A stretch of DNA of 64,000 nucleotides from Hormoscilla sp. (GCA_051439505.1 JBFRWI010000208.1:16151-80150); one strand, 5' to 3'; shown: positions 27,776 to 38,272, counted from the stretch's first letter. Translations and numbers: made by a program. The notes: generated by a model not told the origin, from the sequence alone.

Positions 27776-28975
27776 TTATTTCTTTATTGAATACTCGGAT
27801 AAAAAAATATTACTAGAAATATTTCTCTCCAATTCTCGCCTGCTTTTCTGTTCTGTCCAAGCTTGTTCCCAGCTATCACAAAAAATTATCTCTGGTTCTT
27901 GGTAGCCAAGAATATCGTATATTCCTTTTACCGCATCAGCAGCTAATGGGCGATCGATGGGATCTGTACACATAGCTATGCGGGTCCATTTTTCCCGATA
28001 TACAGGAATTAGCGACTTTTCCTTACGAGTAAGTTTATTAATAAAGACCGGTCTTACGTTTTGCAATTTATTTTTACTAATGTCAAGCATAATAAGCTTA
28101 CTCAGGTTCCCTATTTCTGGCGGCAATATCCTTAGTTGATTCCCACTGACATTGATCTGGCTTATTTCACTCATTTTTTCTATTTTTAATGGCAAACTTT
28201 CTAGTTGATTTTCTTGTAAATAAAGACCAGTAAGTTGGCTCAGTTCTACAATTTCTGGCGGCAAGCTCTTTAATTTATTTTTACTAACGTCAAGCATAGT
28301 AAGCTTACTCAGTTTACCTATTTCTGGCGGCAATATCCTGAGTTGATTTTCACTGACATTCAGCCGGCTCATTTCACTCAGATTGTCAATTTTGAATGGC
28401 AAACTTTCCAGTTGATTTTCTTTTAAGTAAAGACCAGTAAGTTGGCTCAGTTCTACAATTTCTGGCGGCAAGCTCTTTAGTTGATTGCCAGTGAGGTAAA
28501 GTTGTGTAAGGTTAGTCAGTTTTCCTATCTCCCGGGGCAAGCTCTTTAATTGAGTGCGACTCAGCACAAGCATTTTCAGGTTACTCAGTTGCATTATCTC
28601 CGGCGGCAAGCTGCTGAGTTGATTGCCACCGATGTCAAGCACTTGTAGGTTACTCAGTTGTACGATCGCCGGCGGCAAGCTGGTTAATTTATTTTCACTG
28701 ATGTCCAGTTGAGTGAGGTTACTCAGTTGCACTATCTGGTGCGGCAAGCTGCTTAATTTATTTTCACGGACTTTCAGCTTTGTCAGCTTACTCAATTGTC
28801 CAATCTCTGGTGGTAGGCTCGTCAGTTGATTGCGACCGAGATGCAGCTCAGTGAGGTTAGTCAGTTTCCCTATTTCTGGGAGCAATCTCCTTATTCCCTC
28901 ACTGCTGAGGTCCAGCTTGGTTTTCTTCTCTCTCGCGGCCCGTTCAATTACTTCCAACAGTTCCTCGTTCGTCAT
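27776..28975 (-). CDS. Leucine-rich repeat protein with DUF6745-family N-terminal module (frameshifted relative to 27042-27764)
   Basis: About 13 LxxLxLxxNxLxxLPPEI 23-mers, then KLT..EKSLIPVYREKW..IA..T.PIDR..A..AVK..Y...G..EPEIIFCDS. Confidence 0.85.
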   Translation of the reverse strand: MTNEELLEVIERAAREKKTKLDLSSEGIRRLLPEIGKLTNLTELHLGRNQLTSLPPEIGQLSKLTKLKVRENKLSSLPHQIVQLSNLTQLDISENKLTSLPPAIVQLSNLQVLDIGGNQLSSLPPEIMQLSNLKMLVLSRTQLKSLPREIGKLTNLTQLYLTGNQLKSLPPEIVELSQLTGLYLKENQLESLPFKIDNLSEMSRLNVSENQLRILPPEIGKLSKLTMLDVSKNKLKSLPPEIVELSQLTGLYLQENQLESLPLKIEKMSEISQINVSGNQLRILPPEIGNLSKLIMLDISKNKLQNVRPVFINKLTRKEKSLIPVYREKWTRIAMCTDPIDRPLAADAVKGIYDILGYQEPEIIFCDSWEQAWTEQKSRRELERNISSNIFLSEYSIKK

Positions 28976-28998
28976 TTGCTTACCTCCCCCTACTGTAC

Positions 28999-30453
28999 CT
29001 AACTCTGTACCGAAAACTCATCTGGGTCAATTTCCCAGTTCACCCATCTTATCGCCTCCCTTGCTGATTCGACATCCGGGGGAACTCGGAGAGCATGAAT
29101 ATATTTTGTACTCGGGCAAGTCATCTTTAACAGATAAATTTGCTCCACATCCACATCCCCATCTATTCTTAACAACTGATATTCTCGCCAAGTATCCAAT
29201 TCTTTTGCTTGCAACTCCTGGCAAATTCTGCCGTAACCGATTTCCTGAATTAGCAAGCGCCTGACTTCTGCATTCTTCTCCGATAATAGCCATTCGGCAC
29301 GCCATCTGGATGGATGGCATTCTCGGTATTTTTTTGTTAACAGCACTCCATTGACAACAATCATGAGGTCATGCAACTGTCGTACTTCTGATGGCAAGCT
29401 CATTAATGTCTCTCTATTAATTACCAGCTCTCTGAGATTAGTCATTTTTTTAATCTCTGGTGGTAATTTTGTCAAGGGATTGCCAATACAGTTGAACTCT
29501 TTTAGTTTATGCAATCTCCCTATTTCTGCTGGTAATTTTTCTATCTGATTTCTCGCAATATTCAACCTCTCAATGTTAATTAATTTCCCTATCTCTGGCG
29601 GCAAATTATTTAATTTGTTTCCATCAACATCAAGGTCATTAATTGATTTTATATTACCCATCTCTGCTGGCAAACTATTTAAATTATTAAAAGCAATATT
29701 GAGAACGGTTAGGTTCGGCAATTGGCAAATCCCTAGCGGCAACATAGTAAATTTATTTAGTCCGAGGTACAGGTTGCTCAGATAGGTCAATTTCCCAAGC
29801 TCAACCGGCAAGCTAGTCAGTCTATTTATATGCAAATAAAGCCGGACAAGAGATGATAAATTTCCGATTTCTGGCGGCAAACTTTCCAGTCTATTTTCCT
29901 GAAGTTCGAGGGTTGTCAGAGCAGTCAAATTCCCTATTTCTGGCGGCAAACCTTTCAGTCCATTGTCCCCTAGTCTTAGCTCCATCAGAGCAGTCAATTC
30001 TCCGATTTCTGGCGGCAAGCTTCTCAGTCCGGTTCTCGTAATTATTAGCCTCTTAAGATTTCGCAATTGTCCGATTTCTGGCGGCAAGCTTCTTATTCTA
30101 TTATTCCAGATGTTCAGCTCTCTTAGGTGAGTCAGTTGACAAATTACTGGTGGCAAGCTTCTGAATGGATTATTACTGAGGTCAACCCGCTTCAGGTTAG
30201 TCAGTTTCTCCATTGTTGGAGGTAAGCTCGTTAATTGATTGCCACTGATGTCAAGCTCAGTCAGGTTAGTCAGGTTGCCTATTTCTGCTGGCAAGCTCGT
30301 CAGATCGTTCCTCGCCATATTTAGCATAGTCAGATCCCGAAGTTGTCCGATTTCTGGCGGCAATCTCCTGATTTTTTGGCTGCTGAGGTCCAACTTTGTT
30401 ACCTTCTCTCTCGCGGCCCGTTCAATTACTTGCAGCAGTTCCTCGTTCGTCAT
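28999..30453 (-). CDS. Leucine-rich repeat protein with DUF6745-type C-terminal module
   Basis: About 15 LRRs fused directly to HP..WRAEWLLSEKNAEVRRLLIQEIGY...LLKMTCPST...RVPP...WVNWEIDPDEFSVQS. Confidence 0.9.
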   Translation of the reverse strand: MTNEELLQVIERAAREKVTKLDLSSQKIRRLPPEIGQLRDLTMLNMARNDLTSLPAEIGNLTNLTELDISGNQLTSLPPTMEKLTNLKRVDLSNNPFRSLPPVICQLTHLRELNIWNNRIRSLPPEIGQLRNLKRLIITRTGLRSLPPEIGELTALMELRLGDNGLKGLPPEIGNLTALTTLELQENRLESLPPEIGNLSSLVRLYLHINRLTSLPVELGKLTYLSNLYLGLNKFTMLPLGICQLPNLTVLNIAFNNLNSLPAEMGNIKSINDLDVDGNKLNNLPPEIGKLINIERLNIARNQIEKLPAEIGRLHKLKEFNCIGNPLTKLPPEIKKMTNLRELVINRETLMSLPSEVRQLHDLMIVVNGVLLTKKYRECHPSRWRAEWLLSEKNAEVRRLLIQEIGYGRICQELQAKELDTWREYQLLRIDGDVDVEQIYLLKMTCPSTKYIHALRVPPDVESAREAIRWVNWEIDPDEFSVQS

Positions 30454-30900
30454 TTGCTTACCTCCCCTGGCGCTTTCACTTCAATCAGAGGATTCTTTTG
30501 CCGTCTTTCTTGCCACTCTAACACTTGCACTATTCCCTCCATATCCTCAACTCAGATCTCGGGAAACTCTCCTTCCCGATCGCCATCCCTCTCCTTCTGA
30601 CTTTGCTGCTCCATATTTCCTTAGTCAAGATCTCCCCAACTATTGGGCATCCGCTCTCGGACTCCTCACATTCTCACAATAAATTAGCTTCGTAAGGACT
30701 GTCGATGCTGCTGCCTGTAGGATTTTTCGTGACATCAAATCCTGCCAATAGCAACAAGAGCCTGCATGTTGCCTCTGCTAGTTAGCAGATAGAGCCGCCT
30801 CCAGAGCGATCGCCCCGGAGGACTATAATTAGCTAAAAGATGCGGCAGCGCCACCGTGCTGCCAGCGATACCGGGAGCCTCAATAAAGTCATGGACCACC

Positions 30901-31197
30901 CTAGTCGGCCACATATCGCCATCCCTGGGGTTCGTATTCGCGCTGAATGCGGACCATCCAGTCCCCTTGAGGAATTTCAATCGCGTGATGTTCTTCGTGG
31001 GTTAGCATTGCCGTTTCAGAAAAGACACGGAGATAAAGAGTGCCATCCTTTTCGTACAACTCAGCCTGTCCGTCGCTGATCCGGTGAGAATGTCCAGTCA
31101 CTTCCCCTTCTGCTAGAGTCAAGTGGGACAGCTTATCTCCAACGATCTTCTCTTTGGTAGAGAGCAAAAGCACATCGCCTTGTCGAATCGGTTGCAT
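30901..31197 (-). CDS. Small His-rich 'RQGD' protein usually found beside DUF6745 genes
   Basis: IRQGDVLL, LAEGEVTGHSH, LTHEEH and IQREY; strong RBS GGAGG. Confidence 0.85.
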   Translation of the reverse strand: MQPIRQGDVLLLSTKEKIVGDKLSHLTLAEGEVTGHSHRISDGQAELYEKDGTLYLRVFSETAMLTHEEHHAIEIPQGDWMVRIQREYEPQGWRYVAD

Positions 31198-31654
31198 GAG
31201 TTATCCTCCAAATATTATCTGACTGCTGTCTCATTTGGCCGCGCCTCAGAGAGTACGGGGCCCGACGAGCGCCGACTCATGCGGCGCGGCATCGCGTTGT
31301 CCACCAATATCGGACCATCCCAGAGAGTACCCTCCAACCATTCTAACTTAACAATCAAAGGACTGGACTAGAACACTACCCTAGAAAGCTATAGGATCTC
31401 ATAGCCTCAAGTGGCACAGCCAGTAGAGTAGAGTAGACACCCTCATCCGATTGCTACTGGTAGCCCAACCGACAAGCTCCCATCCTCTAAGACATTACCT
31501 GTGTCCCAGCTAACCCGACAAGAATACAATATTTATCATCCTCGATCCTTGTTCCAGGGTGAGGAAAGAGCCAATCACCTCTGAGGCACCTGTTTTGGGA
31601 CACAGCATCTCCTACTTGACAAACGATACCAAGCTGCTATCTCACCGAATCCCC

Positions 31655-34288
31655 ATGTCAACGCTTGTAATTGTCGAATCTCCGACCAAAGCCCGTACCA
31701 TACGGAACTTCCTGCCCTCTGACTATCATGTAGAGGCATCAATGGGTCACGTGCGCGACCTGCCCTCTTCTGCTGACGAAATTCCCGAAGCTGTTAAAGG
31801 AGAAAAATGGGCGCAGCTGGGTGTTAACGTCGAGGCGGACTTTGAGCCACTGTATGTTGTCCCCAAAAATAAAAAAAAGGTAGTCACGGAACTGAAAAAA
31901 GCCCTCAAGCAGGCTGATGAACTGATTCTGGCAACAGACGAAGACCGCGAAGGTGAAAGCATCAGCTGGCATCTTCTCTCATTGCTGAAGCCAAAAGTCC
32001 CCATTAAGCGAATGGTGTTCCACGAAATCACCCGGGAAGCGATACGTCAAGCCCTGTCGGACTGCCGGAATATTGACATGCAACTCGTCCACGCTCAAGA
32101 AACCAGGCGGATTTTAGACCGACTGGTGGGCTACACCCTGTCTCCCCTGCTGTGGAAAAAAATTTCCTCGGGATTATCAGCCGGACGGGTACAATCTGTA
32201 TCCGTCCGGTTACTGGTGTTGCGGGAACGTCAACGGCGAGCCTTCCGCCAAGGAAGCTACTGGAACCTCAAAGCCATTCTCGATATTGAGCATACCTCTT
32301 TTGAGGCGCGATTAGTGACCCTAGCAGGCTCTAAGGTGGCCACGGGCAGCGATTTTGACCCGGATACCGGACAAATTGCTTCTGGTAGAAATGTCAGACT
32401 GTTAAATGAAGCAGATGCCAAAGAACTGCAAGCCCGACTCTCCGGTAAAACCTGGAGAGTGTCCTCCGTTGACGAACGACCGGTGACCCGATCGCCCTCA
32501 CCTCCCTTTACCACCTCAACCCTGCAACAGGAGGCGAACCGGAAGCTGGGGCTATCCGCCAGAGATACGATGCGGACAGCTCAAAGTCTCTACGAACAGG
32601 GCTATATTACCTATATGCGGACGGACTCCGTGCATTTGTCCGGGCAGGCGATCGCCGCCGCCCGATCTTGTGTAGAACTTAAGTATGGCCCCGAGTATCT
32701 CAGCCCGACACCGCGCCAGTACAAGACCAAAAGCAAAGGCGCCCAAGAAGCCCACGAAGCCATTCGCCCTGCTGGCAGCAGTTTCCGCACGCCGTCAGAG
32801 ACTCCTCTGACGGGCCGGGAACAACAGCTATACGACCTGATTTGGAAACGTACTGTCGCCACCCAAATGGCTGCCGCCAGGATTACTCAAATCATTATAC
32901 AGATGCAAGTAGAAGCGGCTGGATTCCGATCGACTGGTAAGCGAATTGATTTTCCTGGTTTCTTCCGTGCTTACGTAGAAGGTTCTGACGACCCCAATGG
33001 GGCTCTGGAAAACACCGAAGTGATTCTGCCACCCTTAAAGGTGGGAGATATTCCTAAATGTCGGGAATTAGAGGCCATCGGCCACGAAACTCAGCCTCCC
33101 GCCCGTTACACTGAGGCGTCCCTAGTGAAAACTCTGGAAAAAGAAGGCATTGGCCGTCCCAGCACCTACGCCAGCATCATCGGCACGATCGTCGATCGGG
33201 GCTATGCTCAAATAATCAACAAAGCCCTAGTGCCCACCTTCACGGCCTTTGCAGTCATCAGTCTACTAGAAACGCATTTTCCGGACCTGGTAGACACCCG
33301 CTTTACTTCCCGAATGGAGCGAACTCTAGATGACATCTCCACTGGGGAGGTGGACTGGCTTCCTTATCTACGAGAATTTTATTGCGGAGAAACCGGTCTG
33401 TCCAATCAGGTCAAGGAACAGGAAAGCCAAATTGACCCCAAACTGGCTCGCACTGTGGAACTGGTGGGCTTAGATGCTAAGGTCTGCATTGGCCGATTTG
33501 GCCCTTACATCGAAGTTGATAATGGATCTGGCCTGCTCAAAGCTTCCATTCCCAAAGACGTGACCCCCGATCGACTCGACTCCGAACAGGTAGAAGCGCT
33601 GCTGAAGCAGAAAGCCTCTGAACCGAAGGAACTGGGTCAGCATCCTGAAACCGGCGATACGATCTATCTCCTGAATGGCAACTATGGTCCCTACGTGCAG
33701 TTGGGTAATGGCGACAGTGAGAAGAAGAAAAAACCCAAGCGATCTTCTCTACCTAAAGGCGTCACTCCCGATCTGGTCACCCTGGAAATGGCCGTAGGAT
33801 TGTTGGCCCTGCCTCGTTTTCTGGGAGCGCACCCAGAAACAGCTGCTAAAGTCCAAGCTGGTTTGGGACGTTTCGGCCCTTACGTGGTTCACGACCAAGG
33901 CAAAGAAGGTAAAGATTATCGTTCGTTAAAGAAAGATGACAATGTCTTGACAATTGACCTTCAACGGGCATTGGAGTTACTCGCCGAACCGAAGAAGAGA
34001 CGTAATGGTAGCCGCAGTCAAAGGAAACCTTTACGAGAGTTGGGTACACATCCATCGGATGGAGAACCAGTGAATATCTACGATGGCCGTTACGGTCTTT
34101 ATGTCAATCATGGCAAAATTAATGTCACTTTAGCAGAGGGGATCGCAGCCGAGGATGTGACTCTGGATAACGCCTTGGAATTGATCGCAGCCAAGGCAAC
34201 GACCACTTCAAACTCTCGCAAGTCAAGTAAATCAACCGGGACTAAAAAGACCAGCGCCGAGAAGAAAAAGACTAGCGCTAATCAATAG
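31655..34288 (+). CDS. topA: DNA topoisomerase I
   Basis: [33 protein letters not shown] and [17 protein letters not shown]-terminal repeats. Confidence 0.97.
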   Translation: MSTLVIVESPTKARTIRNFLPSDYHVEASMGHVRDLPSSADEIPEAVKGEKWAQLGVNVEADFEPLYVVPKNKKKVVTELKKALKQADELILATDEDREGESISWHLLSLLKPKVPIKRMVFHEITREAIRQALSDCRNIDMQLVHAQETRRILDRLVGYTLSPLLWKKISSGLSAGRVQSVSVRLLVLRERQRRAFRQGSYWNLKAILDIEHTSFEARLVTLAGSKVATGSDFDPDTGQIASGRNVRLLNEADAKELQARLSGKTWRVSSVDERPVTRSPSPPFTTSTLQQEANRKLGLSARDTMRTAQSLYEQGYITYMRTDSVHLSGQAIAAARSCVELKYGPEYLSPTPRQYKTKSKGAQEAHEAIRPAGSSFRTPSETPLTGREQQLYDLIWKRTVATQMAAARITQIIIQMQVEAAGFRSTGKRIDFPGFFRAYVEGSDDPNGALENTEVILPPLKVGDIPKCRELEAIGHETQPPARYTEASLVKTLEKEGIGRPSTYASIIGTIVDRGYAQIINKALVPTFTAFAVISLLETHFPDLVDTRFTSRMERTLDDISTGEVDWLPYLREFYCGETGLSNQVKEQESQIDPKLARTVELVGLDAKVCIGRFGPYIEVDNGSGLLKASIPKDVTPDRLDSEQVEALLKQKASEPKELGQHPETGDTIYLLNGNYGPYVQLGNGDSEKKKKPKRSSLPKGVTPDLVTLEMAVGLLALPRFLGAHPETAAKVQAGLGRFGPYVVHDQGKEGKDYRSLKKDDNVLTIDLQRALELLAEPKKRRNGSRSQRKPLRELGTHPSDGEPVNIYDGRYGLYVNHGKINVTLAEGIAAEDVTLDNALELIAAKATTTSNSRKSSKSTGTKKTSAEKKKTSANQ

Positions 34289-34343
34289 TTGGCTAATGGT
34301 TAATTGTTGATTGTCAGGCAAGCAGGCAATTAACCATTAGCCA

Positions 34344-35435
34344 TTAGCTATTAGCCAAATCAGGAAACACTTCTTTTAAGGCCGGATGAACTAACTGGAA
34401 ATTTTGGACATTCACACCTTTAGCTAAAGCCGAACTCTTATCCAAAGCTTTAACACCGTGATTTGCTAGCCTTAAAACATAGGGAAGCGTAGCATTATTG
34501 AGGGCCTGGGTCGCCGTCCAAGGGACCGCCCCTGGCATATTGGGAACGCCGTAGTGGACGACCCCTTCTTCGACGTAAGTCGGGTTAGTATGGGATGTCG
34601 ATCGCAATGTTTCGACGCACCCGCCTTGGTCCACGGCCACATCGATAATGACCGACCCCGGGCGCATCTGCTGCACCAAGCTTCGGGAAACGAGGATGGG
34701 TGCGCGACGGGCTAAGATCAAAACTGCACCTATCAGCAGGTCAGCATCTGGTACGACTGCTTCAATTTGTGCGGAATTACTAAATAGTAATTCCACTCTG
34801 GAGCCAAACAGAGTTTCCAGATAGGACAAACGCTCCAGGTTGACATCGACGATCTGGACTTGGGCGCCCATACCCACAGCGATCCGGGCCGCTTCTGTGC
34901 CGACAACCCCTCCTCCGATAATACAGACTTTAGCCGGTCTGACTCCGGGAACTCCCCCCAGGAGCACTCCTCGGCCACCCTGCTGGCGCTCTAGAAATCT
35001 GGCTCCGAATTGCACCGATAGCCGTCCGGCGATGATGCTCATCGGAGTCAACAGAGGTAATTTTGAGTCGGGTAATTCTACCGTTTCGTAGGCGATCGCT
35101 GTCACGCCTTTGGATATGAGATGCTCAGTCAAAGTCTTGTCAGCTGCCAGATGCAAGTATGTAAATAACAACTGCTCTTTTTGAAGAAACTTGTATTCTG
35201 GTGCTAGGGGTTCTTTCACCTTCACTACCATTTCCCGGTTCCAAGCTGCTGACGGTGTCTTGACAATTTCAGCACCTACCTGCATGTAGTCTTCATCCGT
35301 AAAACCGGCACCGGCACCAGCACCGGTTTCGACAAACAGTTGATGACCATTTTCAGTTAGAACTCTAACGCTACTCGGACTCAAGCCTACCCGAAATTCC
35401 AGATCCTTAGTTTCTTTGGGGACGCCAATTTCCAT
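34344..35435 (-). CDS. ald: Alanine dehydrogenase
   Basis: IGVPKETK, LFTYLHLAA, DVAVDQGG and VPNMPGAVP. Confidence 0.96.
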   Translation of the reverse strand: MEIGVPKETKDLEFRVGLSPSSVRVLTENGHQLFVETGAGAGAGFTDEDYMQVGAEIVKTPSAAWNREMVVKVKEPLAPEYKFLQKEQLLFTYLHLAADKTLTEHLISKGVTAIAYETVELPDSKLPLLTPMSIIAGRLSVQFGARFLERQQGGRGVLLGGVPGVRPAKVCIIGGGVVGTEAARIAVGMGAQVQIVDVNLERLSYLETLFGSRVELLFSNSAQIEAVVPDADLLIGAVLILARRAPILVSRSLVQQMRPGSVIIDVAVDQGGCVETLRSTSHTNPTYVEEGVVHYGVPNMPGAVPWTATQALNNATLPYVLRLANHGVKALDKSSALAKGVNVQNFQLVHPALKEVFPDLANS

Positions 35436-35657
35436 CTACTACCTCTCGATTGACCATTTATATCAATTTTTATCTGTTGGTTCTAGTTTTCTATTACTTG
35501 CTATATAGATTTCGTACTTGTACCGCTAGCAAAATCTTGATTGCTAGAGAATATGAATAATTGTTACTAAACTATCTTACTCTGTTTACCTTCACTTGAC
35601 AATAGGTATTTGATATATTACAATGATTGTCAAGTGACACAGCAGCCGACTGAAATC

Positions 35658-35828
35658 ATGACTGAACCAGAACCAACCACTACTCCAAAACTAGATGAGC
35701 CTAAATTTGGCTTTAATGACTACGCAGAACGCTTAAATGGTCGCGCTGCCATGATTGGCTTTGCGATCGCCTTACTGATTGAATTCCTTACAGGGCAAGG
35801 GTTGCTGGCTTGGCTTGGCCTCAATTAA
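35658..35828 (+). CDS. High-light-inducible protein (HLIP/SCP)
   Basis: AERLNGRAAMIGF chlorophyll-binding motif. Confidence 0.93.
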   Translation: MTEPEPTTTPKLDEPKFGFNDYAERLNGRAAMIGFAIALLIEFLTGQGLLAWLGLN

Positions 35829-35883
35829 CATTCCCTAGAGCGGTGTTATTCCGACTCTGTCAGCAAAAGGCAATTGACTAGCA

Positions 35884-35995
35884 GGCGTTGCACTCCGTCG
35901 GGATCGTCGGGGTTGTCAAAAATGATAATAATAGTCATTTTGAGAAAAATAAACGGTCAATTATTGGCTGGGATCATTGACATCCGTGCAACGCC
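35884..35995. mobile_element. MITE-like element with GGCGTTGCAC inverted ends
   Basis: GGCGTTGCAC ... GTGCAACGCC. Same ends at 47817-48014; a degenerate copy at ~47653-47808. Confidence 0.55.
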
Positions 35996-36034
35996 ACGCC
36001 TTTTGCCCTTGAGGTGGTGTCGGCATGCAGGTGG

Positions 36035-36781
36035 TTAGGCAGTTTTTCTCATGGCTACTTCCAAATATCGGCTTCTCGAATCCCAAGATGTTAACTTAGA
36101 GATGGCTTCCCAGTTGAGTACATCTTCTAATAAAGCTTGGTAGCCCGCAACATTGGGATGGAGACCGTCAGCAGAAAGATGCGATCGCCTCCATGTCGGC
36201 CCCCGTTGCATCCACTTTTCAAAGATATCCAAGTAGGGAATTTGCCGTCGGGCACAAGCGAGTCGCGTCGCTTCCTTGTAACGATGCTGATCGGCCAGAT
36301 TGTAGTACAAACAATCCATAAATGGCATGCGTGCTTCTTCTACGGGCACCATCCCCACAAACAAGACGGGACAAAGTTCGGTGGCCCGATCGAGCAAACT
36401 GGAAATTTCGCGGTTAAACAGGTGAAACTCGGTGTAATGGCGTCCGTTCTGACGACTGACTCGGGCAGTATCGTTCACCCCCACAGACAGGATAATCAAG
36501 TCCGGAGTGCGGTTGCGCAGTTCCCCCCGGTGGCGAAACTCACTCTCTAACCGCTGGTTGACTTGCTTGGCGCGATCGCCCCGCACCCCCAGATTGTAAA
36601 TAACGTGACCGGCACTATCTGGGGACATCCAGCGGCGCCGCAGTCGTTCCACCCAGCCTCCGCCTTCATGGTCCCCGAAGCCGTACACCAAGCTATCCCC
36701 CAATGCCACTATCTTCAGGGGATGACGCATCCTTAGCACTGAATGCATCTGATTGCCAGAATGAGCCGCTGACTTGTACAT
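36035..36781 (-). CDS. GDSL/SGNH esterase-lipase
   Basis: GDSL, NLGVRG, GVND and DGLHP blocks. Confidence 0.92.
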   Translation of the reverse strand: MYKSAAHSGNQMHSVLRMRHPLKIVALGDSLVYGFGDHEGGGWVERLRRRWMSPDSAGHVIYNLGVRGDRAKQVNQRLESEFRHRGELRNRTPDLIILSVGVNDTARVSRQNGRHYTEFHLFNREISSLLDRATELCPVLFVGMVPVEEARMPFMDCLYYNLADQHRYKEATRLACARRQIPYLDIFEKWMQRGPTWRRSHLSADGLHPNVAGYQALLEDVLNWEAISKLTSWDSRSRYLEVAMRKTA

Positions 36782-36955
36782 GTAAATAATTGGGTTAACA
36801 ACTTAACACTTCTTTACATTTATACATATTTAATCACAATCTGCAATCCGATCGGCTCCGGGCGCCACCACTCCTCACAAATCTCCAGTACCCAATCCAG
36901 CCAAAGGGTGATAAACTATATGGACAAGCAAATTCATTCTCAAGCAGTTAATCAT

Positions 36956-37183
36956 ATGCGCAAGCGTTCAGTCGTTGATAGCGCTGAACTGATCGCTCGG
37001 GGCTCCGAACTGATCGGTGCGGCATCCAATCGCTACCGAATTACCGTGCAAGTGGCTCGCCGCGCCCATCGTCGGCGTTATGAAGATTTTGATAGTCTGG
37101 AAGAACCCAAGACCAAGCCGGTTCTCCAGGCGATCGTCGAAATGTCTGACGAGTTAAGCGAACCGGAAATCATTCCCGAGTGA
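36956..37183 (+). CDS. rpoZ: RNA polymerase omega subunit
   Basis: [19 protein letters not shown] and [11 protein letters not shown]. Confidence 0.92.
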   Translation: MRKRSVVDSAELIARGSELIGAASNRYRITVQVARRAHRRRYEDFDSLEEPKTKPVLQAIVEMSDELSEPEIIPE

Positions 37184-37264
37184 CCGGTGCCAGCAACCGC
37201 GTACCAGGCCATATGGCGCTACCTGTAGTCAGAATCAGGAATTGGCAAGCATCATCGGGAAAAT

Positions 37265-37852
37265 ATGCAACGCTATACTCTCAAGAAAGGTTGGCTGTTG
37301 ACAGCAGCCCTGACATTGGGGTTAACTTTTGTCGAAATTGGTCAATACGATAGTTTCGGACAGTCTCGGGCCGCAGCACAAGTGCGGATCAGACCCAGTC
37401 AGGTTTGGCGTGTAGTATATGAAAAATTACCAGAATTGCCCAAAGAGAATCACTATGTCAACAGGGAAACGGGTGAGGTGGATAGGGATAATACCTTGAT
37501 CCGACGCTTGCTCCGATATCATATATTCGTGAAAAGTCGCCCCCCTCAATATCGATTAGATTGGAAGCTGACTCTGGCTGATTATTTGGATGCAAATGAA
37601 GTTATTAGTGAATCGATATATCCCGGCCATGACCTGTTACGCGAAAACCCGAGGGATGGAGATCGCTCTGCGATCGCTCGCTTAAATAGACAACAGCGAG
37701 ATGCTTTGGTCGAAGTGTTGGCGAGCATATATAATCCCAATTACCAGAGAAAGCCAATCCCCAGGCGATCGCCAGCACCAGAACCGGCAGATGTTCCGTC
37801 TCGACCGCCAGTTCAGCCTCAACCAGGAGACGCCCAACTGTTAATGCCTTAG
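37265..37852 (+). CDS. Conserved exported cyanobacterial hypothetical protein
   Basis: Signal-like N-terminus, RLDWKLTLADYL motif, Pro-rich tail. Confidence 0.75.
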   Translation: MQRYTLKKGWLLTAALTLGLTFVEIGQYDSFGQSRAAAQVRIRPSQVWRVVYEKLPELPKENHYVNRETGEVDRDNTLIRRLLRYHIFVKSRPPQYRLDWKLTLADYLDANEVISESIYPGHDLLRENPRDGDRSAIARLNRQQRDALVEVLASIYNPNYQRKPIPRRSPAPEPADVPSRPPVQPQPGDAQLLMP

Positions 37853-37855
37853 TTG

Positions 37856-38272
37856 TCAGAGTTGGTTTGTAACGGCTGCTGATTCTAGCTCAATGGACAA
37901 GTCTATTAGCAATCTGACATGGTTGAGCGTGGCAGCAATATCCCCTTTGGCGACGATACAACCATAGCGGGGAATAGAGTCGAGGGGATGTTGCCATTGC
38001 ATCCACAGCTGTCCTTTGATGGTCTTGGTGGTGATTAACCAGCCTCTATATCGACATTGTGGTAACCCGATGTCAATGGGAGCAAATGTAGAAGATCGCA
38101 TGGCTGTATAGGATGTATTAGATAGCAACATCATCACTGTCATAAAACTCGATATATCGATCTTCCCTTGAAAATATGTGGCTAGTGGTGATTGAACTGA
38201 GGGCGCAAGGGTGATATTTCTGAGGAATAGAGGTGAGCAGAAAATGAATCCCTGGTGATAAACCGTAAGCAA
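37856..38272 (-). CDS. Hypothetical protein (start uncertain)
   Basis: ORF fills the gap; YRGW..T...G.LW..WQHP core looks protein-like. Confidence 0.5.
   Translation of the reverse strand: MLTVYHQGFIFCSPLFLRNITLAPSVQSPLATYFQGKIDISSFMTVMMLLSNTSYTAMRSSTFAPIDIGLPQCRYRGWLITTKTIKGQLWMQWQHPLDSIPRYGCIVAKGDIAATLNHVRLLIDLSIELESAAVTNQL

Noticed and set aside
28000..30453. Diversity-generating retroelement acting on the LRR or WD40 genes
   Set aside because: No reverse transcriptase in the window, and differences between repeats did not look adenine-specific by eye.
30901..30915. RQGD protein ends in YVAD, the caspase-1 recognition tetrapeptide
   Set aside because: A four-residue match at a free C-terminus with no caspase-like gene nearby; probably coincidence.
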